In this document: one piece after another, positions 20,029 to 29,232 of the stretch | Numbering within the stretch: position 1 is the first letter of the stretch | How the letters are laid out: every line of letters begins with the position of its first letter | NCBI GenBank assembly: GCA_905478765.1 | Contig: CAJQJY010000003.1 | Coordinates: forward strand, 10,488-74,487 | Origin: an uncultured Flavobacteriales bacterium | GTDB taxonomy: Bacteria > Bacteroidota > Bacteroidia > Flavobacteriales > BACL11 | Length of the DNA stretch: 64,000 bases | Direction: 5' to 3' | Program-made: the position numbers and the translations under genes | The notes under the pieces: model-generated | The model's database searches: none | What the model was told of the DNA's origin: nothing | The model's input: the letters and a program-made list of their open reading frames with translations, nothing else

Positions 20029-20865
20029 ATGAATATTAAGCAATTATTTTTTTTTTCTGCAGTAGTTTTATTACTTAGTTCTTGTTTTAATAACAATCAG
20101 GGACGAATAATTGCTAGTGTTAATGAGAAGGATTTAATGCTTGAAGAAGTGTTAAAAGAAATGCCTATACAAATTGAAGATTCTTCCTTTTTTGTTGAGA
20201 GATACATGAATGATTGGATTCGTAAACAATTGATGATTTATCACGCTGAAATAAATTTAAGTTCAGATATTATGAATTATGAGAAACAGATAAAGGACTA
20301 TAGAGCTTCTTTATTAGTATACGCATATCAACAAGAGTTAATTAATCATAACTTTGATACTTCTATTTCTTTAAAACAAGTTACAAATTATTACAACCAA
20401 TATAAGGATGAATTTAAGCTAAGTAAAAACATTTTTAAAGGTAGGTTTATTGTGGTTGATAGATCAGCTCCCAAATTAACTAAACTTAATAAATGGTATA
20501 AATCTAATAAGAAAAGTAACTTAGAGGAGTTGAATGATTATTGCCAACAATTTGCTAAAGAATATTACTTAGAGGATGATAAGTGGCAATATTTCTCAAT
20601 TTTCAATCAGAAATTACCAGAGTATATTCTACAGGAATCTTATTTTTTAAAAAACACAAAAGGAGTTGTATTTGAAGATGATAATTTAAGATATTATGTT
20701 TTTATCAAGGATTACCTATTAAATGGCAGTATTAGTCCGTTAGAGATGGAGCACGAGAAAATAAAAAATGTATTATTAAACAAAAATAAAATTGAATATT
20801 TGAAGCAATTGGAAGATGATTTGTATCAGAATGGTTTAGCTTTGAAAAAAATTAAAATTTACTAA
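20029..20865 (+). CDS. Lipoprotein, chaperone-like (no rotamase domain)
   Basis: Lipobox LLLSSC. 278 aa, helical and Lys/Tyr rich. Its start immediately follows the preceding stop, so it is embedded in the PPIase operon. Confidence 0.6.
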   Translation: MNIKQLFFFSAVVLLLSSCFNNNQGRIIASVNEKDLMLEEVLKEMPIQIEDSSFFVERYMNDWIRKQLMIYHAEINLSSDIMNYEKQIKDYRASLLVYAYQQELINHNFDTSISLKQVTNYYNQYKDEFKLSKNIFKGRFIVVDRSAPKLTKLNKWYKSNKKSNLEELNDYCQQFAKEYYLEDDKWQYFSIFNQKLPEYILQESYFLKNTKGVVFEDDNLRYYVFIKDYLLNGSISPLEMEHEKIKNVLLNKNKIEYLKQLEDDLYQNGLALKKIKIY

Positions 20866-22191
20866 ATGAAAATATTTAAAAACCTGTTATTAATTTCACT
20901 TTTTGCTATTGGAGCACATGCTCAATCAATTGATAAAGTTGAGGCGATTATTGGTGATGAAATTGTGCTTACTTCAGAAATAGAATCACAATATTTACAG
21001 TATTTGTCACAAGGAAATTTAAAGTCAGATGCAATAAAATGTGAAATTATTGAAGACTTATTATTTCAAAAACTATTAATAAATCAAGCAAAATTAGACA
21101 GTGTAGTTGTAACTGATGAAGAGGTTGATACTGAGATCACAAAAAGGTTAACATACTTTGAGAATCAATTAGGTTCTGTTAAAAAAGTGGAGGAGTATTT
21201 TGGTAAATTAATAGTAGAAATCGAATTAGAGTTAGGCAAGGTTATTAAGGATCAGTTTTTAGCAGAGAGAGTCCAAAGAGGAATTTCATCTGATGTAAAA
21301 GTAACTCCTACAGAAGTCCGTGAGTTTTTTAATCATCAAAATGATACTGACATTCCTATTGTTCCTGCTAAAGTTGAGGTTGCTCAAGTTGTTATTAAGC
21401 CTGAAATATCAGAAGAACAAAAAGATAAACTAAGAGATAAGTTGAACTCATTTAGAGAGCGTGTTTACAAAGGAGAAGATTTTAAGATGTTAGCTACTTT
21501 ATATTCTGATGACCCTGGCTCGGCAACTATAGGGGGTGAGCTTGGTTTTGTGAATAGAGGTGATTTAGTTCCTGAGTTCGAAAGAGCAGCTTTTCGTTTG
21601 AAAGAAGGTGAAATTTCTGAGGTTGTTGAATCTCAATTTGGTTTTCATATTGTACAACTAATTGAAAGGAGAGGAGAGCAAATTAATGTCCGTCATATTT
21701 TGCTAAAAAGTAAGGTGAATTCTACTGCACTTTATTATGCAAAATTAAAAATTGAAGAAGTAGAAAAGGAATTAAGAGAAGGCAAGATTACTTTTGATGA
21801 GGCAGTTGATAAATACAGTGATGATGAAAGTAAGAATAATAATGGTTTGCTGCTAAATACTAATAATATGTCAACTTTACATGTAATAGACGAGATGTCT
21901 CCAACTTTAAAGTTTGAAGTAGTAAACTTGAAAGAAGAAATGTTTAGTTCTCCTGTTCTCACTCAAATGCCTGATGAAACTAAAGCATACAGATTGTTAA
22001 AGTTAAATAAAAGAATTGAAGAGCATAAAGCAAATCTAGTTGATGATTTTTCAATGATTAAGGATTTTGCAATTAATATAAAAAAGCAAGAGGAGGTAAT
22101 GAAGTGGATTGCAAAAACAATCTCAAATACATACATTAAAATTAATGATGATATTTCTGCTTGTGAATTTAAAAATAAATGGGTAAAATAA
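20866..22191 (+). CDS. surA: SurA-like peptidyl-prolyl isomerase
   Basis: Signal peptide, a SurA N-terminal chaperone region and one parvulin domain (FGFHIVQLIERRG...VRHILL). Confidence 0.8.
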   Translation: MKIFKNLLLISLFAIGAHAQSIDKVEAIIGDEIVLTSEIESQYLQYLSQGNLKSDAIKCEIIEDLLFQKLLINQAKLDSVVVTDEEVDTEITKRLTYFENQLGSVKKVEEYFGKLIVEIELELGKVIKDQFLAERVQRGISSDVKVTPTEVREFFNHQNDTDIPIVPAKVEVAQVVIKPEISEEQKDKLRDKLNSFRERVYKGEDFKMLATLYSDDPGSATIGGELGFVNRGDLVPEFERAAFRLKEGEISEVVESQFGFHIVQLIERRGEQINVRHILLKSKVNSTALYYAKLKIEEVEKELREGKITFDEAVDKYSDDESKNNNGLLLNTNNMSTLHVIDEMSPTLKFEVVNLKEEMFSSPVLTQMPDETKAYRLLKLNKRIEEHKANLVDDFSMIKDFAINIKKQEEVMKWIAKTISNTYIKINDDISACEFKNKWVK

Positions 22192-22192
22192 T

Positions 22193-23149
22193 ATGAGTAA
22201 TGAAGTACAATCAGTAAATGAATTTATTGTAGTATACAATGAGTTTAAAAATGAAATTGCAAAAGTTATTGTTGGTCAAGAAGAAGTCGTTCAGCAAGTT
22301 TTAATTTCAATTTTTTGTAACGGACATTGCCTTTTAGTAGGTGTGCCTGGATTGGCTAAAACCTTACTAGTGCAAACTATTGCTGATTCTTTAGGGCTTA
22401 ATTTTAATCGTATTCAGTTTACGCCAGACTTAATGCCTTCTGATATTGTTGGTGCTGAAATACTAGATGAGAATAGAAACTTCAAATTTGTGAAAGGACC
22501 TTTATTTTCTAATATTATTTTGGCAGATGAAATTAACCGTACGCCTCCTAAAACCCAATCTGCTTTATTAGAGGCAATGCAAGAGCGATCCGTTACTAAT
22601 GCGGGTACTTGTTATGCTTTAGATAAACCTTTCTTTGTATTGGCAACTCAAAATCCTATTGAGCAAGAAGGAACCTATCCTTTGCCTGAAGCGCAATTAG
22701 ATAGGTTTATGTTCAATGTACTTCTAGATTACCCTAGCTATGAAGAGGAATTAAAAATTGTAAAACAAACTACAGTTAAAAATAATGTAATTTTAAATAC
22801 AATTATGTCGGCTGAACAAATTATGAAATATCAAGAGTTAATTACAAAATTACCAGTTACTGATAATGTTTTGCAATATGCTGTAACTTTAGTGGCTAAA
22901 ACAAGACCAGATTCTGATAAAGCTGCTGATGTAGTAAAACAATATATTGAATGGGGTGCTGGTCCAAGGGCATCACAGTTTATGTTGATGGCTGCTAAGT
23001 GTCATGCTGCAATAAATGGAAAATATGCTCCAGATATTGAGGATGTAAAAGCAGTTGCAAAACCTATTTTAAGACACCGATTGGTAAAGAATTACAAAGC
23101 AGAAGCAGAAGGAATGAGTATAGATCAAATTATTGAATCAATTTTATAA
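22193..23149 (+). CDS. MoxR family AAA+ ATPase
   Basis: 318 aa. Walker A GVPGLAKT, Walker B ILADEINR, and the FxVLATQNPIEQEGTYPLPEAQLDRF block typical of MoxR/AAA_3. Confidence 0.9.
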   Translation: MSNEVQSVNEFIVVYNEFKNEIAKVIVGQEEVVQQVLISIFCNGHCLLVGVPGLAKTLLVQTIADSLGLNFNRIQFTPDLMPSDIVGAEILDENRNFKFVKGPLFSNIILADEINRTPPKTQSALLEAMQERSVTNAGTCYALDKPFFVLATQNPIEQEGTYPLPEAQLDRFMFNVLLDYPSYEEELKIVKQTTVKNNVILNTIMSAEQIMKYQELITKLPVTDNVLQYAVTLVAKTRPDSDKAADVVKQYIEWGAGPRASQFMLMAAKCHAAINGKYAPDIEDVKAVAKPILRHRLVKNYKAEAEGMSIDQIIESIL

Positions 23150-23706
23150 TGATATTACCAATAGTTGCTTTTGGAGCGCCAATTTTAAGAGAAAAGTGTG
23201 TAGATATTACACCTGAATATTTTGAATTAGAAACCCTTTTAACTAATATGTGGGAAACTATGTATGAGGCTAGTGGAGTAGGAATTGCTGCACCTCAAAT
23301 TAATAAAGCAATTCGTTTGTTCTTAATTGACACCACTCCTTTTGTTGAGGATGAAGAAACAGATGAGGTTATTGTCAAACAGACATTTATTAATGCTAGG
23401 ATTATTGAAGAAACAGGAGAGGTTTGGGACTTTAAAGAAGGATGTTTGTCTATACCAGATATAAGGGAAGATGTAAGTAGAAAATCAACTATTAAGATTG
23501 AATATTTTGATGAGAATTTTAAAAAACATACTGACACTTATGATGGCTTAACTGCCCGTGTTATTCAGCATGAGTATGACCATGTAAACGGAATATTATT
23601 TATAGATAAGATTTCTGCTTTACGTAAAAGAATAATAAAAGGAAAATTAATAGATATAAGCAAAGGTAAAGTAAATGCATCTTATAAAATGAGGTTTGAA
23701 AGGTAG
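23149..23706 (+). CDS. def: Peptide deformylase
   Basis: GVGIAAPQ, EGCLS and QHEYDH motifs. Its start overlaps the MoxR stop (TAATG). Confidence 0.95.
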   Translation: MILPIVAFGAPILREKCVDITPEYFELETLLTNMWETMYEASGVGIAAPQINKAIRLFLIDTTPFVEDEETDEVIVKQTFINARIIEETGEVWDFKEGCLSIPDIREDVSRKSTIKIEYFDENFKKHTDTYDGLTARVIQHEYDHVNGILFIDKISALRKRIIKGKLIDISKGKVNASYKMRFER

Positions 23707-23707
23707 G

Positions 23708-24319
23708 TTATTTAATAACTACCTTAAACATTTCTTGTTCTTCTATAAAGCCTTTTAACTCATCTCCAACTTTTACTGACCCAACTCCCTCAGGAGTTCC
23801 AGTATAAATTAAGTCCCCAATTTTTAAGGTAAAGAATTTTGAAATATGAGCAATAATAGTATCAAAATTAAAGCACATGTCTTTACTGTTTCCTAGCTGT
23901 ACTTGCTTTCCATTTTTTTGTAAACTAAAAATAATATTGTTTAAATTCAAATTAGATTTATCAATAAAAGTTCTACTAATTTGTGCTGAACCATCAAAGC
24001 CTTTTGCTTTTTCCCAAGGTAAGCCATTAGCTTTGCATTCCTGTTGAATATCTCTTGCAGTAAAATCAATTCCTAAGCCAATTTGAGAATAGTATGTGTG
24101 TGCAAATCTTTTTTCAATATGTTTTCCTGTCTTGTTTATTCGAATCACTAATTCCACCTCATAGTGAATGTCATTAGAAAAGTGAGGGATAAAGAAGGGG
24201 TGACCTTTTGGTTGTATGGCTGTATCAGGTTTTAGGAAAAATAAAGGTTCACTCGCAATAGCATTTCCTAATTCCTTAGCATGATTTACATAATTACGAC
24301 CAATACAAATTATTTTCAT
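23708..24319 (-). CDS. Fumarylacetoacetate hydrolase family protein
   Basis: 203 aa. KIICIGRNY...HYEVEL...GTPEGVG pattern of the FAH / 2-keto-4-pentenoate hydratase family. Confidence 0.8.
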   Translation of the reverse strand: MKIICIGRNYVNHAKELGNAIASEPLFFLKPDTAIQPKGHPFFIPHFSNDIHYEVELVIRINKTGKHIEKRFAHTYYSQIGLGIDFTARDIQQECKANGLPWEKAKGFDGSAQISRTFIDKSNLNLNNIIFSLQKNGKQVQLGNSKDMCFNFDTIIAHISKFFTLKIGDLIYTGTPEGVGSVKVGDELKGFIEEQEMFKVVIK

Positions 24320-24322
24320 GTG

Positions 24323-24685
24323 TTAACTTTTTAATCTGTTTCCTTCTTTATCAAAGAACTTAGTTATTTCAATTTCAGTTTTCCATATACTTAATCCAAG
24401 AGAAATAATAAGAAAACCATAACTTACTAGAAGAAAATCTCCACTATTATAGCTTAAAATTATTCCTGAAAGTTGAAATATAATTGTAGCTAAAGAAGCT
24501 ATAGTCATATGCTTTGAACTTATTTTATTTGCAAATTTCCAAATATCATTATTGGATATACTTCTTGTTGTTCTGTATACATAAATAGTACTGATTTCTT
24601 TAGGTTGGTATTTTGAGTAAATAAAACTAAAAAATAAGATTAAGGGTCCACATGCGAGCTGCCCTGCAATTAAATCAGATGACAT
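24323..24685 (-). CDS. Small integral membrane protein (SdpI/YhfL-like)
   Basis: 120 aa with three or four hydrophobic helices. Its start overlaps the stop of the upstream exonuclease gene. Confidence 0.55.
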   Translation of the reverse strand: MSSDLIAGQLACGPLILFFSFIYSKYQPKEISTIYVYRTTRSISNNDIWKFANKISSKHMTIASLATIIFQLSGIILSYNSGDFLLVSYGFLIISLGLSIWKTEIEITKFFDKEGNRLKS

Positions 24686-25470
24686 TAGTTCTTAAACTTT
24701 TTCTCTAACTTCATTTTTGTTGCAAAATTACGCATTACATTTTTGGTATATAAAGGGAAGTCTGCTTGATTAATCCAAGAGAAATATCCAGGATTATCTT
24801 TCCAGATTTGAGCTAAAGTTATATCACGGTATTTCCCAAAACTAAGCACCTCTTCACCTTTATCATTAAAACGAACAAAGCCTGCCATATCAGCAAACTT
24901 TCCATCCCTTTGTGAAAAATCTGCAAGGAAATCAACATTATTTTCTAACTCCTCATATTTATCAAGTTGAGAGAGCAGAACTTCATAAGTTGCAGTTGTA
25001 TCAGCTTCAGCTGAATGAGCATTTGTTAAATCTTTATCGCAATAAAACTTATAAGCTGCTACTAGTGTCCTTTGTTCCATTTTATGAAAGATATTCTGAA
25101 TATCAACCGCCTTTCTGTTAGTCATGTCAAAATCAATTCCAACTCTTAAAAACTCTTCAGCTAATAATGGAATATCAAATTTATTAGAGTTGAAGCCAGC
25201 TAAATCACAATTATGAATAAGTGTAGATATTTCATTAGCAAGTTCTTTAAAAGTAGGTTCGTTTGCTACTTTTTCATCAGATATTCCGTGTATTGCAGTT
25301 GTTGCTTCAGGAATTGGAATAGTAGGATTTACAATCCAAGTTTTACTTTCTTTATTTCCATTTGGAAAAACTTTCAGAATGGCAATTTCTACAATTCTAT
25401 CTTCTGCTACTTTCACTCCTGTTGTTTCTAAATCAAAAAAGACAATTGGTTTTTCTAGTTTTAAATTCAT
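24685..25470 (-). CDS. DEDDh 3'-5' exonuclease (DnaQ/epsilon-like domain protein)
   Basis: FFDLETTG (ExoI), GFNSNKFDIPLL (ExoII) and HSAEADT (ExoIII) motifs. Confidence 0.8.
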   Translation of the reverse strand: MNLKLEKPIVFFDLETTGVKVAEDRIVEIAILKVFPNGNKESKTWIVNPTIPIPEATTAIHGISDEKVANEPTFKELANEISTLIHNCDLAGFNSNKFDIPLLAEEFLRVGIDFDMTNRKAVDIQNIFHKMEQRTLVAAYKFYCDKDLTNAHSAEADTTATYEVLLSQLDKYEELENNVDFLADFSQRDGKFADMAGFVRFNDKGEEVLSFGKYRDITLAQIWKDNPGYFSWINQADFPLYTKNVMRNFATKMKLEKKFKN

Positions 25471-25485
25471 AATGCTAAAATACTT

Positions 25486-25520
25486 TTTTTAGTTATAAGT
25501 AATAGTGACAAGTAACTAGT
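25486..25520. repeat. Degenerate heptamer array (- strand: ACTAGTT ACTTGTC ACTATTA CTTATAA CTAAAAA)
   Basis: Read directly from the sequence. The first three units are ACT-phased. It abuts a near-consensus -7 box TATTTTAG (25475-25482) that lies 4 nt from the exonuclease ATG. Confidence 0.6.
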
Positions 25521-25530
25521 TTTTGAACAT

Positions 25531-25556
25531 AAAAAAAGGAAGCATTGCTTCCTTTT
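25531..25556 (-). terminator. Rho-independent terminator downstream of the E2 gene
   Basis: GGAAGC att GCTTCC hairpin flanked by an A run and a T run. On the - strand it is followed by TTTTTTT. Confidence 0.7.
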
Positions 25557-25602
25557 CTAAATTAACTTAAGAAACTATAACTAGTACGTAGAAACTATAT
25601 GG

Positions 25603-26910
25603 TTAAACCTCTTGAGTAGTATCGAATTGTTCTAAGTAATCTTTTACTTTACTTACAAATTGTCCTCCTAAAGCACCATCAACAACTCTATGATCGTATG
25701 ATAATGATAAGAACATCATATGACGAATTGCAATTACATCACCTTCATTAGTCTCTAAAACAACAGGTTTCTTTTTAATAACACCACAAGCCATAATAGC
25801 TACTTGAGGCTGATTGATAATTGGAGTTCCCATTAGGTTTCCGAAAGTACCAACATTTGTCATTGTAATTGTGCCACCTTGAATATCGTCTGGCTTTAAT
25901 TGTCCACCTCTAGCTCTAGTAGCTAAATCATTTACTGATTTAGTAATACCAATAAGGTTTTTGTTTTGAGATTCTTTTATAACAGGAACAATTAAGTTTC
26001 CATCAGGTAAAGCAGCAGCCATACCAATATTTACATTTTTATGAATGTGGATGTTAGTTCCATCAACAGAAACATTAATCATAGGGAAATCTTTGACGGC
26101 CTTTGCCATTGCTTCAATAATAATAGGAGTGAAGGTAATATTTTGTCCCTCTCTCTTTTTAAAGTCAGCTTTTACTGAATTTCTCCAGTTTACAATATTT
26201 GTCATATCTGCTTCAACAAAAGAAGTAATATGTGCTGAAGTTTGTTTTGACATAGTCATGTGAGCAGAAATTAGTTTTCTCATTCTATCCATTTGAACAA
26301 TCTCAGTACGACCCGTGTTAGGAATATTTACTGATGTATGTTCTGGTGCAGCTGTTTTATGTGCAGGAGTAGTCTTTTTAGTTTCAGTTTTAATTGGAGC
26401 TGTAGCAGATGTTGATCCTTTAGTTTTTAAATAAGAAACCATGTCCGACTTTGTTACTCTCCCTTCTTTTCCACTTCCAGTAATAGATTCTAATTCAGTC
26501 ATTTCTATTCCTTCTTCACTAGCCATGTTTCTTACTAATGGAGAATAGAACCTTTCTCCAGTATTTGTTATCGTAGTCGCTTCAACAACTTTAGTTACTT
26601 CATCCTCAACAACTTTAGTAACAGTAGGTGCTGGTGGAGCATTATTTAAATCAGGAATATCATCGCTACCTTCAGTTTCCAAAATCGCGAAAGGCTCACC
26701 AACTTGAACAACATCATCTGCCTCATGTAACATTTCGACTAGTTTCCCTTCATGTGTTGAGGGTACTTCAGAATCTACTTTGTCAGTTGCAATCTCTACA
26801 ATAGTTTCATCAAGTTCAACTATATCACCAATATTTTTACTCCAAGTAATAATAGTTGCTTCAGAAACACTCTCACCCATTTTGGGCATTATCAATTCTA
26901 CTCTTGCCAT
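25603..26910 (-). CDS. 2-oxo acid dehydrogenase E2 component (dihydrolipoamide acyltransferase)
   Basis: Lipoyl domain (EIATDKVDSEVPS), a peripheral subunit-binding domain (SPLVRNMASEEGI) and a catalytic domain with SYDHRVVDG. Confidence 0.9.
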   Translation of the reverse strand: MARVELIMPKMGESVSEATIITWSKNIGDIVELDETIVEIATDKVDSEVPSTHEGKLVEMLHEADDVVQVGEPFAILETEGSDDIPDLNNAPPAPTVTKVVEDEVTKVVEATTITNTGERFYSPLVRNMASEEGIEMTELESITGSGKEGRVTKSDMVSYLKTKGSTSATAPIKTETKKTTPAHKTAAPEHTSVNIPNTGRTEIVQMDRMRKLISAHMTMSKQTSAHITSFVEADMTNIVNWRNSVKADFKKREGQNITFTPIIIEAMAKAVKDFPMINVSVDGTNIHIHKNVNIGMAAALPDGNLIVPVIKESQNKNLIGITKSVNDLATRARGGQLKPDDIQGGTITMTNVGTFGNLMGTPIINQPQVAIMACGVIKKKPVVLETNEGDVIAIRHMMFLSLSYDHRVVDGALGGQFVSKVKDYLEQFDTTQEV

Positions 26911-26926
26911 AGTTAAAAATTTTTCG

Positions 26927-26934
26927 CAAAATTA
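26927..26934 (-). promoter_or_regulatory. Putative -7 promoter box for the E2 gene
   Basis: TAATTTTG on the - strand, 16 nt upstream of the ATG at 26910. Confidence 0.4.
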
Positions 26935-26973
26935 ACAAAAGTAAGGATATTTATTCCTTTTTGGAGCTGAGTT

Positions 26974-27001
26974 TTTAGTTACAGGTTGTTAGTATTGTAA
27001 C
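26974..27001. repeat. Degenerate heptamer array TTTAGTT ACAGGTT GTTAGTA TTGTAAC
   Basis: Read directly from the sequence. It shares TTAGTTAC.(A/G)GTTGTTAGT with the 2904-2938 array and ends at the recR stop codon. Confidence 0.55.
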
Positions 27002-27607
27002 TTACTCAGAATAAGGCATTCTGCTTGATATAGCAGTCCCAAGTGTTATTTCATCTGTATATTCAAGTTCATCACCAATAGCAATTCCTCTTGCAATTGA
27101 TGATATTTTAATGCCACTATCTTTTAGTCTTCTGAAAAGATAATAATTAGTTGTATCACCCTCCATAGTGGTACTTAGTGCAAAAATAACTTCCCGTACA
27201 TTTTCGTTTTCTATCTTATTAATGAGTTCTTCTACTCGAATATCAGTTGGGCCAATACCATCCATAGGAGAGATTAAACCTCCAAGAATATGATAAACTC
27301 CTTTATACTGCATTGTATTTTCAATAGCCATCATTACACGAATATCCTCTACAACACATATTGTTTGTTTGTCCCTTTTTGGGTTACCACACACCTCACA
27401 AAGTTCAGTTTCTGAAATACTGTAACACCTTGTGCAGTAATTAATTCTGTTAATTAGCTGAATGAAAGAATCACCAAACTTCTCCACTGCTAATTTGTCC
27501 TTCTTTAGCATATGTAACACTAACCTGAGGGCAGATTTCCTGCCAATGCCTGGAAGGCTTGATAGTTGTTCTACCGCGTTTTTAACAAGATTTGATGGAA
27601 AATTCAT
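27002..27607 (-). CDS. recR: Recombination protein RecR
   Basis: 201 aa. HhH N-terminus, C4 zinc finger CTRC...CEVC, Toprim domain. Confidence 0.95.
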   Translation of the reverse strand: MNFPSNLVKNAVEQLSSLPGIGRKSALRLVLHMLKKDKLAVEKFGDSFIQLINRINYCTRCYSISETELCEVCGNPKRDKQTICVVEDIRVMMAIENTMQYKGVYHILGGLISPMDGIGPTDIRVEELINKIENENVREVIFALSTTMEGDTTNYYLFRRLKDSGIKISSIARGIAIGDELEYTDEITLGTAISSRMPYSE

Positions 27608-27612
27608 AATTG

Positions 27613-27620
27613 CAAATATA
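27613..27620 (-). promoter_or_regulatory. Putative -7 promoter box for recR
   Basis: TATATTTG on the - strand, only 5 nt (caatt) before the ATG. Confidence 0.4.
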
Positions 27621-27665
27621 GATGTATTATCAATAATTCTGATAGTTTTGTAAAAAACAAAATTT

Positions 27666-29087
27666 ATGCAATTGAGCTTATCTCCATCATTAATTATTGG
27701 TGTAATAGTAACCTACTTTTTAGTATTGATACTAATATCCTACCTGACGGGAAAATCAGATAGTAATGCTTCCTTTTTTATAGGAGATAAATCATCACCA
27801 TGGTATGTAGTAGCTTTTGGAATGTTAGGAGCATCATTATCAGGAGTTACATTTATATCTGTTCCAGGTTGGGTAGCTACAAGTGAGTTTTCTTATATGC
27901 AAATGGTATTGGGTTATCTGCTAGGTTACTTCGTAATTGCAACTGTACTTATGCCTATGTATTATAGAATGAATTTAACCTCAATATACGGCTATCTGAA
28001 GGAAAGATTTGGAAACTCATCATACAAAATAGGAGCTAGTTTCTTTTTATTGAGTAGGGTAATTGGAGCATCCTTTAGATTGTATTTAGTGGCTAATGTA
28101 TTGCAGTATGCAATATTCGATAATTTTGGGATTCCTTTTGAACTAACAGTAGTAGCAACTATACTATTAATATGGGTGTATACTTTTAGGAGTGGAATAA
28201 AAACTATTATATGGACAGATACTCTACAGACTTTATTTATGTTAATTGCAGTGGGAATGAGTGTGTATTTGATATCAGTAGATATGAATTTGAACTTTAG
28301 TGCTTTGATTAGTACAGTAAAGCAATCAGATTACTCGCAAATATTTTTTTGGGAAGGGAAGCAACACTTTGTTAGTCAGTTTTTAGCAGGTGCATTTATG
28401 GCTATTGTAATGACAGGGCTTGACCAGGACATGATGCAAAAGAACTTGAGTTGTAAGAGTTTAGGTGATGCACAAAAAAATATGTTTTGGTTTAGTATCG
28501 TATTAGTGTTTGTTAATCTATTGTTTTTATCATTAGGAGCATTGCTTTATATGTATGCTGCAAATAATGGTATAACCTTTAATAAGGCAGACGACTTGTT
28601 TGCTGCTGTAGCTTTGAGTGGTAATTTAGGAGTAGGAGTTGGGGTGCTTTTTATATTAGGATTGATTGCTGCTGCTTACTCTAGTGCTGATTCTGCACTT
28701 ACATCACTTACAACTTCATTTTGCATTGATATTTTAGGTTTTGATGATAATGCAAGTGTTAAGCAGGTACAACAAAGGAAATGGGTTCATTTGGGTTTTT
28801 CCGCATTGTTGGTAGTAGTTATTGTTATTTTTAAAGAAATAAATGATGACAGTGTAATTTCATCCTTATTTAAGGTTGCTGGATACACTTACGGACCATT
28901 GCTTGGGATGTATGCTTTTGGGCTTTTTACTAAGCTAAACGTAAAAGATAATTTAGTGCCCCTAGTTGCAGTTCTTTCTCCTGTAATTGCTTATATATTG
29001 CAATTGTTTATTCCTTTTGGTTTTGAATTGCTAATTGTGAATGGCACACTTACTTTTGTTGGTTTGTTAATTATTATTAGAAATTAA
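27666..29087 (+). CDS. Sodium:solute symporter family transporter
   Basis: 473 aa, about 12-13 TM helices, SSF-like sequence. A TAGTTTTG -7 box lies 17 nt upstream. Confidence 0.85.
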   Translation: MQLSLSPSLIIGVIVTYFLVLILISYLTGKSDSNASFFIGDKSSPWYVVAFGMLGASLSGVTFISVPGWVATSEFSYMQMVLGYLLGYFVIATVLMPMYYRMNLTSIYGYLKERFGNSSYKIGASFFLLSRVIGASFRLYLVANVLQYAIFDNFGIPFELTVVATILLIWVYTFRSGIKTIIWTDTLQTLFMLIAVGMSVYLISVDMNLNFSALISTVKQSDYSQIFFWEGKQHFVSQFLAGAFMAIVMTGLDQDMMQKNLSCKSLGDAQKNMFWFSIVLVFVNLLFLSLGALLYMYAANNGITFNKADDLFAAVALSGNLGVGVGVLFILGLIAAAYSSADSALTSLTTSFCIDILGFDDNASVKQVQQRKWVHLGFSALLVVVIVIFKEINDDSVISSLFKVAGYTYGPLLGMYAFGLFTKLNVKDNLVPLVAVLSPVIAYILQLFIPFGFELLIVNGTLTFVGLLIIIRN

Positions 29088-29232
29088 AAAGGGGAGTCTT
29101 TAGTTCCTCTTTTTAAAGCTAAACAAATAAAAAACTTAAAATTTCTAACTGCAACTAACACAATAATATCCACTTATTATCTTAAAATAAGCAGTAAAGT
29201 AGCAGTTTGATAAAAAATTATACACCAACAAA

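Noticed and set aside
22193-23149. MoxR ATPase as part of a Bat-type aerotolerance operon or a defence system
   Set aside because: No DUF58, VWA or TPR Bat genes and no nuclease or effector genes are adjacent. The flanking genes are chaperones and def. It is kept only as a context oddity.
24685-25470. DEDDh exonuclease plus small membrane protein as a possible phage-defence pair
   Set aside because: The exonuclease looks like the conserved housekeeping DnaQ-like protein of Bacteroidota. It has no sensor or ATPase partner, no compositional anomaly and no mobile-element context.
27621-27650. Fur-box-like AT-rich hexamers (ATTATC AATAAT) in the recR/symporter divergent region
   Set aside because: The hexamer orientation and spacing do not reproduce the 19-bp Fur consensus. 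The flanking genes have no link to iron. This is likely chance in AT-rich DNA.
29088-29232. Terminators in the convergent symporter/lgt spacer (GGGGA...TCCTC and CTTATT...AATAAG hairpins) and a short AACTGCAACTAACA tract resembling the heptamer units
   Set aside because: The stems are only 5-6 bp, include a wobble pair or are AU-only, and only one is followed by a T run. The ACT spacing is 6 rather than 7 bp, so the tract is not counted as an array.
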